From a virus (taxonomy: Duplodnaviria; Caudoviricetes): a stretch of DNA of 64,000 nt. The first letter of the stretch is position 1. Each line of letters opens with the position of its first letter. The stretch is taken from IMG/VR virus record IMGVR_UViG_3300033074_000977, positions 1 to 64,000 of that record; one strand, given 5' to 3'. Position numbers and translations under genes: made by a program. Positions 25,156-34,800 of this stretch are shown here, piece after piece. The notes below the pieces were generated by a model. The model did not search any database and had not been told where the DNA came from. It saw nothing but the letters and a program-made list of their open reading frames with translations.

Positions 25156-25329
25156 ATGTATATTCTTTACTTAATTATTGGTTCGGTCTGTTTGGCAGCA
25201 GCCAAGGCACATCATACCGAAACTCATAGCCACGACATCTATCTAATCATAGTAACGACGGCTTGCTACTTCATGGCAGGCTGTAACTTACTCGCCGATG
25301 CTGTAAACCAGCGAAAGGATAGGCAGTGA
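25156..25329 (+). CDS. small membrane protein (57 aa)
   Basis: Hand-translated; GGAGGAG SD; two hydrophobic stretches. Confidence 0.55.
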   Translation: MYILYLIIGSVCLAAAKAHHTETHSHDIYLIIVTTACYFMAGCNLLADAVNQRKDRQ

Positions 25330-25333
25330 ACCA

Positions 25334-25477
25334 ATGACACCTAATAACACCCAACTACCGATTCAAGTTAAACCACCCAACGACGGCTTAGGCTGTGCGT
25401 TGATTATCATCGCTGCCTGCGTAGGCACAGCGCTTTTGATATGGGCTAATCAGGGGTTTCCGGGGGTGGGGAGATGA
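25334..25477 (+). CDS. small membrane protein (47 aa)
   Basis: Hand-translated; one TM segment; ATGA overlap with next gene. Confidence 0.55.
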   Translation: MTPNNTQLPIQVKPPNDGLGCALIIIAACVGTALLIWANQGFPGVGR

Positions 25478-25710
25478 GTAACATCTACAGCACTAATGAG
25501 CGTAACCCAGAGGCCGACAACACTGAGGCATCTCAACTACTCAAGATCATCTACGATGAGTCTGAATGCGAGTTAGGTTATGACAGTGAGCTACTAACTA
25601 ACTGGGAGCGTGAGTTCCTGGAGTCGGTAGACAGCAACCTAGCTCGGGGTTGGAACGTAACCCAGAAACAACTTTTCAAACTCCGTGACATAAAGGATAA
25701 ACTTCTATGA
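25474..25710 (+). CDS. hypothetical protein
   Basis: LTNWEREFLES...TQKQ motif; ATGA overlaps at both ends. Confidence 0.7.
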   Translation: MSNIYSTNERNPEADNTEASQLLKIIYDESECELGYDSELLTNWEREFLESVDSNLARGWNVTQKQLFKLRDIKDKLL

Positions 25711-28478
25711 CACCAAAACCTCACACTTGCTCGTCGTGCCTTTTAGCTGACACCCCCGGCTGCACCGGCTTCATGCCAGCCCCCGAGGGTAAAGGTTTAA
25801 TCCCGCTTCTCGTAACGGCAGAGGCTTTAGGCGAGAATGAGGCACGCGATTCAAAACCGCTACGTCCCTATGCGGAATCTGGATCTCTATTTGAACGTGC
25901 GTTACGTTCAGTAGGAATCCAGCGCGAGCAAATAATCGTAACCAACATCATAAAATGTCGGCCTCCGGCTAACCGGCTCGCTGGCGAATACTACGAGCAG
26001 CCAGCTATTGAACACTGCCGACAATACTTCGACGCCGAAGTATCCCAATACAAACCCAAAGCTATCCTGGCAATGGGTGCGATACCATTCAAGTATCTAA
26101 CCGGGATGTCAGGTCACAAGCAAAACCTCGAATACGTGCGTGGCTACCCGGTAGAATCTATCTGGTATCCAGGGATCCCCGTGATCGGCACGTTCCATCC
26201 GTCGTATATCCGACGTGGCGCATCTGAGATGTTTCCGGTGTTGGTTCACGATCTGCATAAAGCGTTACAGATTGCCAAAGGAAAATTACCCTGGACAACT
26301 GCGCCTGAACAGGTAACTTACCAGCTAGGCGGAGTAGCTGAATTAAAGCAGATGTTGGATATACTTAGATCCCAACCTGACAGACTGCTGGCCTACGACA
26401 TCGAAACCCGTGAGTCAGCTAAAACCAACGAAGACGAATACGATTCGTTGTCGCCTAACGCTGAGATCGAATTAGTCCAATTATCCATCGCCCCAACCAC
26501 CGGGCTGGCTGTGTATTGGAACAGCGATACTATCCCCTTACTTAAAGAGATCTTCGCTACCGCTAACCCCAAATCAGCCTTCAATGGATGGTTATTTGAT
26601 AATAGAGTCCTTGAGGCTAAAGGTTTAACCCTCAACGGAGAACTCCGTGACGCAATGGCAGCATGGCATCATTTGCAACCAGACTTACCAGCTAACTTAC
26701 AATTCGTCTCATCGTTCTACGGTATGCCTCGTCCTTGGAAACACGAGATGGGTGCGGATTTAGTCACCTATGGGATCCGTGACGTGGATGCGGTGCAACG
26801 TATTGAGTCTAAGATTAACTCTGACCTAGCCCAAATGAAGATCCATGACGGCTATAAAAACTACGTAGTCGGTTTACGTCCTATCTTGAAAGCTATGGAG
26901 GAGCGTGGAATTGGCCGGGATCAACAAGCGATTGACGAATTAAAACTATGGATCGAACAGGAGAAGGTGAGGTTGAACGCTGAGATCCAGCAGTTAGCTC
27001 CAGCTGAGATTAAACCTGTTCAGAGATGGACTAGCTGGCCGCTAGACCTATCCGAAGCTCGCAAGACTTGGGCAGAAGCCAACCCCTACATCCCGATCTC
27101 CGTGAAAACTGGTAAGCCTTTGAAGGCTAGGATACCGGTGGTCAAGATCGAAGATCTGCGGTTGGCTGTAACCCAAGCAATGCATCCCGTAGGTGTGGGC
27201 GCACACGATATGTTAGCCACAGTTGAGAGATTAGGATATAAGTTCCATCCAACTAAACAAGAACTATGTAAAGAGCTACCGTTCCTTCCAGGATCCACGC
27301 AGCATCTAATGGCTTACCTACGTCACCAAGGTGTCGCAGTGCCTAAAGATCTGGACGGTAAAGATACCACCGGTCGTAGCGAGTTAGATAAATTAGTTAA
27401 AAAACTCAACCGCTCAACCAAACCCAACGAACAGGAAGCGGCCACGTTTATCAACAAGGTACTGGAATATCGCAAGCTGCATAAAGTTCTAGCTACCTAT
27501 ATCGAAGGCTGGAAGAACGGCCCGGACGGTCGGATCCATACTACGTTTACGTTCTTACCGGCTACAGGTCAGCTCTCCTCCCGCAACCCTAATGTTCAGA
27601 ACGTAGGCAAAGGTTCCGAATTAGCAAAGCGTTTTCGCAGAACTATCACACCAGCCCCGGGGCACGTGCTAGTCGAAGCTGATTACAAATCGTTCCACGC
27701 TTTGACATTAGGCTTCGAGGCGCAAGATCCAGACTATATGCGGTTAGCCCGACTGGATTGTCATAGTTTCGTGGCAGCGCATCTATTGAAACTACCCGAA
27801 GCTACATCGGGTAAACTGATTGAAATGTCCGACGCTGAAATGTTGGACTTCTTCAAATGGTTCAAATCAGATCCTGAACGCAAGCTGATCCGTGACAAAA
27901 AGGCGAAGCCTAGCATTCTCGGTATAGGTTTCGGCTTAGGCAAACACAAACTCTACACAATGAACGAAGATTCGTTCGCCAACGAAGCCGAAGCTGGCAA
28001 GGTCATCACGTTAATCCGTGGAATCTTTCCTAAAGTGTTTGAGTTCCAGGAAAACGTTAAACAACTAGCTTATCGTCAAGGTTGGTTACGGTCACGCTGG
28101 GGTTTTGTGCGTAGGTTTTCAGATGTGTATCGGTACAACTCCAGATCTCAAGGGTTGACTGCGGGAATGGATGCTGAAGCTTGTATCGCATTCCTACCAG
28201 CTAATTCAGCGTTCGGCAAAGTGCGTGAGGCAATGTTGGACTTCGAGCGCGAGGGGTTGAACGTTAGGTATAACTGCGTGTCCAGCGTTCACGATTCGAT
28301 TATATTTGACGTACCTGGAACGTTGATCGACGAAGCGTTGCCTAAGATCAAGGAGATAATGGAGCGGCCTGGAAGTATGTTGGTGGATCCGGTTGTGGCA
28401 CCGAATGGTTTACATTGTGAGGTTGAGTTGTCTATTTCGGACAGATCCTGGGCTGATCTACAGGAGGTGAAAGTATGA
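25707..28478 (+). CDS. polA: family A DNA polymerase with N-terminal UDG-family-4-like and 3'-5' exonuclease domains; divergent active site
   Basis: UDG-like: CxxC, AEALGENE, NIIKCRPP.NR, HPS. Exo: YDIET, N...FD, YGIRD. Pol: TGQLSS.NPNVQN, ADYKSFH, AK...LGIGFG, VHDS. Confidence 0.88.
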   Translation: MTPKPHTCSSCLLADTPGCTGFMPAPEGKGLIPLLVTAEALGENEARDSKPLRPYAESGSLFERALRSVGIQREQIIVTNIIKCRPPANRLAGEYYEQPAIEHCRQYFDAEVSQYKPKAILAMGAIPFKYLTGMSGHKQNLEYVRGYPVESIWYPGIPVIGTFHPSYIRRGASEMFPVLVHDLHKALQIAKGKLPWTTAPEQVTYQLGGVAELKQMLDILRSQPDRLLAYDIETRESAKTNEDEYDSLSPNAEIELVQLSIAPTTGLAVYWNSDTIPLLKEIFATANPKSAFNGWLFDNRVLEAKGLTLNGELRDAMAAWHHLQPDLPANLQFVSSFYGMPRPWKHEMGADLVTYGIRDVDAVQRIESKINSDLAQMKIHDGYKNYVVGLRPILKAMEERGIGRDQQAIDELKLWIEQEKVRLNAEIQQLAPAEIKPVQRWTSWPLDLSEARKTWAEANPYIPISVKTGKPLKARIPVVKIEDLRLAVTQAMHPVGVGAHDMLATVERLGYKFHPTKQELCKELPFLPGSTQHLMAYLRHQGVAVPKDLDGKDTTGRSELDKLVKKLNRSTKPNEQEAATFINKVLEYRKLHKVLATYIEGWKNGPDGRIHTTFTFLPATGQLSSRNPNVQNVGKGSELAKRFRRTITPAPGHVLVEADYKSFHALTLGFEAQDPDYMRLARLDCHSFVAAHLLKLPEATSGKLIEMSDAEMLDFFKWFKSDPERKLIRDKKAKPSILGIGFGLGKHKLYTMNEDSFANEAEAGKVITLIRGIFPKVFEFQENVKQLAYRQGWLRSRWGFVRRFSDVYRYNSRSQGLTAGMDAEACIAFLPANSAFGKVREAMLDFEREGLNVRYNCVSSVHDSIIFDVPGTLIDEALPKIKEIMERPGSMLVDPVVAPNGLHCEVELSISDRSWADLQEVKV

Positions 28479-28993
28479 CACGTGAAATATGGAAACCCAT
28501 TCCTTGTACTAAAGGTTGCTACGCCGCGTCTAATTTAGGGCGCGTGCGTAGTATTCTAGCTATCGGATCCAGACGTACTGGCAAGGTGCTAAAGACGCAA
28601 CAAGAATCTGACGGCAGGTATCGAGTGTCGTTACATTTGCCGTGGGTAGGTAAATGGGGATTGAAACGATTCTTGGTACATAAGCTGGTGATAGAAGCTT
28701 TCAAAGGAGAATGCCCAGTTGGTTATGAGGTTAACCATAAAGATGGCGTGCATACTAATAACCGATTGACTAACTTGGAATATATTCCTAAGCGAAAGAA
28801 CTACGATCACGCAGTCGAGCATAAGCTATATGCTCACAGCGAAAAACGTGGGCTGTCAAAGCTGACTACGAATACGGTTAAGGTGATTCGTAAGTCGGAG
28901 TTACCTGGAAAGGTTCTGGCAGAGATTCATGGAGTAAGCACCGCAGCTATCTCTGCTATTCGTAAACGTAAGATATGGAAGTATGTTGATTAA
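28475..28993 (+). CDS. NUMOD4-HNH putative homing endonuclease
   Basis: WKPI....Y..SNLGRVRS; VHKLV..AF; VNHKDG...NNRLTNLEY. Confidence 0.88.
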   Translation: MTREIWKPIPCTKGCYAASNLGRVRSILAIGSRRTGKVLKTQQESDGRYRVSLHLPWVGKWGLKRFLVHKLVIEAFKGECPVGYEVNHKDGVHTNNRLTNLEYIPKRKNYDHAVEHKLYAHSEKRGLSKLTTNTVKVIRKSELPGKVLAEIHGVSTAAISAIRKRKIWKYVD

Positions 28994-29050
28994 CAATGTA
29001 AATGGTCAGGTGGAAGCTTGGCCGGAAAGTGTAAGGGGGTTAATAAGCTG

Positions 29051-29533
29051 ATGAAGAAGGTAAAAGTTGCGGGTACGTGTCCCGTGTGTCAGAAAGAGTT
29101 TTATACCAATTATCGTAAAGCAGTCGCACGCCATATGCGCAATCATCCCGGGTATCTGTCGGCGGGGCGTAAATGGTTTCCGGGAGCTGCCATAGCAGAC
29201 TACGACTTTGAGTTACTCCGAAATTCTTTTAGATCGTTAACTGCCCGAGAACGAGCTGTTATGGAAGGCGTGGAGGTTGTAACGGCTGACCCGGATCCAG
29301 TCGACCCAACCGTTCAACACCCCATCCACTACGGCGGCGCAGACGACCCCTACGAAGCTATCAAAGTTATCCATGCCTGGGGATTAGGGTTCGACCTGGG
29401 TAATGTACTGAAGTATATCCGCCGTGCTGACCTCAAAGGCACACCTATCCAAGACTTGGAGAAAGCTAAGTTCTACCTGGAGGATGAGATTAAGCGGCGG
29501 AAGGAGGTGGCCAGCTTTGATGCTCAAACCTAA
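29051..29533 (+). CDS. DUF3310 domain protein
   Basis: V.HP.HY...EAI...F.LGNVLKYI.RA..KG...DLEKA.FYL; start 29051 or TTG 29018. Confidence 0.8.
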   Translation: MKKVKVAGTCPVCQKEFYTNYRKAVARHMRNHPGYLSAGRKWFPGAAIADYDFELLRNSFRSLTARERAVMEGVEVVTADPDPVDPTVQHPIHYGGADDPYEAIKVIHAWGLGFDLGNVLKYIRRADLKGTPIQDLEKAKFYLEDEIKRRKEVASFDAQT

Positions 29534-29699
29534 ACAACGGCACAAAACCAGAATTACCAATATAGAATTCGATCCCTACCGCCACCCATACCAGGATCCT
29601 GCGCTACGGCAGGCGCGGGCTGAGCTAGTGATCGACATCTTAGCGGCACTGGGAGTAGGTTGTATCGCAGCTGCCTTGGCAATGTTACTAGGCAGTTAA
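29520..29699 (+). CDS. small membrane-anchored protein
   Basis: ATG 29520 in frame with ORF 29424..29699; C-terminal TM. Confidence 0.5.
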   Translation: MLKPKQRHKTRITNIEFDPYRHPYQDPALRQARAELVIDILAALGVGCIAAALAMLLGS

Positions 29700-29716
29700 C
29701 TAACTTCCCGCTGCCT

Positions 29717-30430
29717 TTACTGTAATTTCCACCCCATCCCCATCATCGCCCCAATCGCCCAACCGGTGTGCTCACCCCTAGCCGGTCCATTCGGCTGAGT
29801 GTAGTTAGTCCGTTGCGTGAACACCTTCATGCGCACCAACCACTTACTGCGCTCAGCCAGGGGCAGATAAATATCCAATCCAAATCTATCACTGGCCACC
29901 TGATTCTGAGTTTGATTCTCTCGCAAGTAATGTTCCCAGGTGACTGCGTACTGATCGTTAAAGTTTATTCCCGCGCCTGCCACTCTGAACCACGCAGTTT
30001 TACTGTATCCACCTACCCCTGTGGTATGGTTATTAACTGCGGCCACACCGCCCAGCAGCAATGGACTTATCCTACGCTGCGGCAGCACTAACCATCTAAC
30101 CTGCCCCCAACCGCGCGTAGCAGTACCGTTCCCCAGGTAGCGTTTAGCGGCCAGCTCAAACTGCGCACCTCCCACCAACCGGATACTTTCAAACTCTTTA
30201 GGAACACGGACCACTCCCTCAAGGGTAATCCCTACGCCATCTGCATGCCCCGTACCGGGTGAGTGTGAATACGTAACCCCCGCCGTCACCGAGGGCTGCT
30301 GGGCACATACGTGACCAACAAGCGCAGTACCGCCGATACACACCCAACTAACCAGCAGGAGCAACGCAGCGATTCGGGAAGTAACTGCCGGTCGGACTCG
30401 CCTGCGGTTCTGTAGTTCGCTTGAGATCAC
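29717..30430 (-). CDS. putative outer-membrane beta-barrel protein
   Basis: Signal-like h-region (IAALLLLVSWVCIGG, VCA-QQ); alternating Gly/aromatic amphipathic strands; C-terminal GMGWKLQ. Confidence 0.6.
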   Translation of the reverse strand: MISSELQNRRRVRPAVTSRIAALLLLVSWVCIGGTALVGHVCAQQPSVTAGVTYSHSPGTGHADGVGITLEGVVRVPKEFESIRLVGGAQFELAAKRYLGNGTATRGWGQVRWLVLPQRRISPLLLGGVAAVNNHTTGVGGYSKTAWFRVAGAGINFNDQYAVTWEHYLRENQTQNQVASDRFGLDIYLPLAERSKWLVRMKVFTQRTNYTQPNGPARGEHTGWAIGAMMGMGWKLQ

Positions 30431-30446
30431 TGATCACCTTCCTTTG

Positions 30447-30716
30447 CTAAGCTTTGGGTTGACGTGCTTTAAGATTCTCATACGCAAGGTTAAGCAGAAT
30501 CGTGATCCACGTCCCGCGCAGCTCACCATACCGCTCCTTCGCCAGCGCAAACGCTTCATCGGCCCACATCTTAAACTCAGCGTTGTTATGCTTGGTCATT
30601 AGCTGCCCAACCAGCATAACCGCATCGTCAATATACTTCTCCAGAAACTGTTGCATCCCCGGGCGGGTGTACAGCTTCTTGAAGAAATTCCAGATTGCCT
30701 TAAATGGATTAGCCAT
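30447..30716 (-). CDS. hypothetical protein
   Basis: ATG 30716 (MANPFK) in frame with ORF 30447..30749. Confidence 0.65.
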   Translation of the reverse strand: MANPFKAIWNFFKKLYTRPGMQQFLEKYIDDAVMLVGQLMTKHNNAEFKMWADEAFALAKERYGELRGTWITILLNLAYENLKARQPKA

Positions 30717-30720
30717 AAGC

Positions 30721-31032
30721 TTACCTATTCTCCTTATCCAGCTGGTCAATCAGCTGATCGTTCTTTAGTTTAGATTTCAGATCCTCTGGTGAGGATCCTT
30801 CGGGTAGGTTGAGCGCGGTAAGCAGCTGGTTCAAATGCAGCTTACCCAGCGCGTACTTCTCCAGTACCGACCAAACCACCGCTGCCAGGAATACCGGCAG
30901 CAGCGTGGCAATCTGGCCAGCGGTGGATTCGTCTACGATTTGTTTGGTAAGTAACCATGTGCTAACGGTGAGTAAGAGGTTCCGCAGCACGCCGGTTACG
31001 ATGGACATCAGGATAGATTTTACTAGGCTCAT
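30721..31032 (-). CDS. putative holin
   Basis: Two TM segments; R..LLTV..WL...D......LL......WS..EK pattern as in Pam3 gp28-type holins; ATG 31032. Confidence 0.6.
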   Translation of the reverse strand: MSLVKSILMSIVTGVLRNLLLTVSTWLLTKQIVDESTAGQIATLLPVFLAAVVWSVLEKYALGKLHLNQLLTALNLPEGSSPEDLKSKLKNDQLIDQLDKENR

Positions 31033-31070
31033 TGGGGGAGTCACCTTTGTGTTTAGGTTGTCAAGTCTAT

Positions 31071-31817
31071 TCAATACGGTCTAAAGATCGACATAAGTAT
31101 AGCGGCGAGTTGTGCAAACTGCAATGGTTTCTGGAATCTGCGCGCCTGCTTGGTAATCGGTGGCAGTTCGGCAGTAGCAGCGTCTAAGTTAGCAGTTATC
31201 CCGGCAGCATGTTGAGTAGTGCTTAACGCCGCCGTTACCAAATCATCCAGCTTCGGATCCGCCAACCGCTGGTTCACCGTCTGCACCGTCACATCGCCCA
31301 TCGCTACTAAATGATTCAACGCACCGATCACCTGCTCCACCGATGCACCCGTGCCTTGCGCGATAACATTAACCCCATCCACCAGCTTCGTCACAGACTT
31401 CGTACCAGCCACAATCTCAGGCAACAGCTCCTGGTTAACTCGTGTGTTTGTATCTGCTACCAACCTACTTCCCTCACCAACCAACCCTTCCAACCGATCC
31501 GTTGCGGCGGTGCTAGACCTCAACTGCGCCAACACAGCTGGTATCACTTGTGTGTTAATCAACCTACCCGTTGCTTGATAAGTCGCGCCGACCGCCAGTG
31601 CCGCCTCAACAGCCTTTTGGTTCTTGGTCGATTCCAGTACCTGTCTCTGTGCCACCCAATAGTCATTAAACTCCTTTGAAGTGTTACGGAGGTTTTCCGT
31701 GGTGCCGCGTAGGTCACGCAGCAACCCGCGTAGGTTCCACCAGAGATTACCTATGACGATCAAGCTTAACAATAGCAACCCTACCTTCAGCCAATCTTTT
31801 ACCTTATTTATATCCAT
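31071..31817 (-). CDS. membrane-anchored helical/coiled-coil protein (possible lysis accessory)
   Basis: N-terminal TM, long helical body, hydrophobic C-terminus; adjacent to the holin. Confidence 0.6.
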   Translation of the reverse strand: MDINKVKDWLKVGLLLLSLIVIGNLWWNLRGLLRDLRGTTENLRNTSKEFNDYWVAQRQVLESTKNQKAVEAALAVGATYQATGRLINTQVIPAVLAQLRSSTAATDRLEGLVGEGSRLVADTNTRVNQELLPEIVAGTKSVTKLVDGVNVIAQGTGASVEQVIGALNHLVAMGDVTVQTVNQRLADPKLDDLVTAALSTTQHAAGITANLDAATAELPPITKQARRFQKPLQFAQLAAILMSIFRPY

Positions 31818-34800
31818 TACTTATTCACACTCCCTGCCGCTGCCTTCCGCTGCTGCATCAACTGCAACTGCTCCTCTGCCAACGTCGGCCTACCCGCACG
31901 CTTACGTTCCTTATCCTCCACCCGACGCTCCCAACGATTGAACTCCCCAGCATCCTCCAGCTTCCGCTCCACCTCGGGATACCGGCTCAACACTTCTTCG
32001 AATGCATCATCTGCCACCGCCCGCGCGACATCATACGTATCCACGATCTTCTGGTCGATGTCCATGTGCTGCTGAGTAGCTTCCAAATCAGCGGTACGTT
32101 CCTTCATCAGCCTACCTATAGTAGCTACGAGATCCCGGTCTACCTCTGTTACACCCGTGAACGGGATCCAGTCGGTGAGCTTGATCCCCGCGTGCTGGAA
32201 GATCCGTGCCGGGTAGGATTGCTCGGGTAGGACAGTAAACCCGGTGATAGCTTTAATAGCTGGTAAGTCAGTACGATGTACCGGCATCCCGGTGTACGGG
32301 TCGATCTTATCGGAGAGTTGCTCACGCGCAACTGGCACACGGTTAAGGATCGGCGCGAATAAACTCCCTGCACCCATGCCGTAGAGATCTTTCACGTCAC
32401 GCATTGAAGTGAAGTATTGTGCACCGATGTCGGTGTACATATTCAGCGGGGTTAGGTACCTACCGAACCAATCACTGAACGCGGTCGCCGCAGCTTCAGC
32501 AGCCTTGGTGCCCTTGTTCCCGGTTTGATCCTGCGCAGCGGTTATTAAATCATCCAGCCATTTGAACGTGCCCGTGATATTCCGCATATCCAACCCGGCC
32601 AGGATGTTGAAGAACTCCAGTGCTGAGTCAGCTTCCGGCGCGGCTAACCCCCGGCGTTGACGCGCGATGTAATCAGCCACATATAACGGAGCTACCAGCT
32701 GTGGGACGTTACGCACCGACACCCCGCCTACACTATGCCACGAACCAACCGGCTTGCCTGTGCGTTCAGCCTCGTCGTATTTATCTTCGATCATTGCTGC
32801 CACTGCCACGTATACTGCGGTACCCAGGGTAGCTTTGATCAGCTTCTGGTGGTTCTCGACGGTCGGGCCGGACTCACCCGCGCCTACCAGCGCAGCTTTG
32901 ATAATCGGTAACGGTGAGTAATCCAGTACCATCTTGGCGTAGTTGCCCATAAACCCGACAAATGGAAACACAGCTGAAGTTAACACCGCAGCCGGGTCAT
33001 TGGACTTGGCATACCAGTTATACGCTTGCGCAGTTAGTGACCCCGGTTCCGGTCGGGTTGCATATGTATCCTGCAACGCTTGGTTAACCGCACGCTCTAC
33101 CACCGCAGCCGGTAGTTTATGGATCTCATTCGCAGTATCCAGCTGCTCCAGATCCAACCCATACCTAGCTGCTTCGGTTTCTAAATTACTCACTAAACTA
33201 ATCGTCCGCACGAACCGCTCACCCATCCGCGCGAGGGTTAGGTATTTATGCAGTCCGCGTGAGGCTTCGTGCAGTACCTTCGGCAACCAGCGGTCAGATT
33301 TAGCTAACCTAGCCTCAGCTTCTTTAATCCGTGCCAGCCGCTGAAACTTATCTGCCCCTGCGGGCATATTCGTGACTTGGTTTTTCAGTAGAGTTAAAGC
33401 ATCCCGCTCAGCTTGCACGGCCTCAGCATGCGGTAACAGATGGATCTGGATCACATCATCGCTAAGCTGGCTATCGAACTTCCGCATTAACTCCGGCTGG
33501 AAGTTATGCAGCTCCTGCGCTATGCGAATAGACTTCTCAGCTGGACGGTCAGCGGGGTCGTTCAGCGTTCCATCTTTTAACTTGCCGTGCGCGAACCAGT
33601 ACGGATTATTAAGTATATCCTTGGTTACGTTGCTCGCTGCGAACACCGGTGCCAGCACCGTACTTAACGGCGGCACCGAATTCTGTTCAAACTTGCTTGG
33701 CTCCCCCGGCCCACCTGTTAGCTCGCGCTTGCTCCCAATCGCCCGCTCAATCACCTGATCAGCTAGGTTGATAATGCTTCTAACTCCGGTGGCGTTCACC
33801 AACCCAGTCACCACGTTAGGGGTTTGCGTAGCCAGTTGCGCAATCGTCGCCCCTATATTCAAGTTCACCAGCTGCCGCGCGATACTCGGCCCATTCGCAA
33901 TCGCGTCGATCTCCTGCATCGTCGGCGGGCGGGAGTTGATCCAATCGTCGAGTTCGGGCGACAACCCACGAAGTTTATTGATCTCACGCTGCTGGCGGGC
34001 GAAGATGTTAAGGTCGCGGCCAGCGGCGGAACCGAACTGCCGGAAGCGCTCGAACAGTTCAACCGTATCTTTTAACCCGTAACGCTTGGCTACTTCGTCC
34101 AGCTGGGGCACGGTGGTACGTCCGGTACGCATGGCGTTGATCAGCTGATCCGTAGTGGACATTTCGCTGCTGTCAAGTAGCGGCACATCCGAAGCTATCA
34201 ACATATCCTTAGCTACGTTGGCTAGGAAGTTCCCGTATTCGTTGGACATCCGCACTTGGTCTAGCGGCGCGTCAATCGGTGGAAGTTGATCACCGTTGGC
34301 CAACCTACCTTTAGCCGCCAGCTTCGCTTCAGCACGTTTCCGCGCGGTGTTATCCCCTAGTTGTCCGGCTAACTCACCCTTGAGTACGCTACCACGACTT
34401 CGCAGCTCACGGAACTTCTTCACTGCTGCAACGTGCTGTTGCTTTAACTCAGTACCTAGCTGTTGGATCTCAGCATCCAACTCAGGCTGCGGTAGTCCAG
34501 CATCCTGCTGCATTTTAGTCGCAGCGGCGGCGAGGTCGTTATTGCGGCGGATTCGCGCGCGCAGGTTAGCTATCTCACGGTAAGCTTTACGTTCAGCTTC
34601 GCGTTGGGTAGCTACCTGCTGCGAGATCTCTGACGATGCGTTGGTTTTACGGAGGTGAGTGATGTCTGGATCCAGCTCCAGCTTACCTGCTGCTTCGTCA
34701 GCGGCTTCCCCCGCTGGGTTGGCGGCGTCGTAATCAGGATCCGGTTGGATGTTCAATGGGATAGCTTGACCTTGGTAGAGGACGGCTTCGCGCATTGCGG

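Noticed and set aside
1312-28822. - strand ORFs opposite the early genes (e.g. 1885..2400, 20595..21269)
   Set aside because: Antisense shadows favoured by the skewed codon usage; no independent evidence
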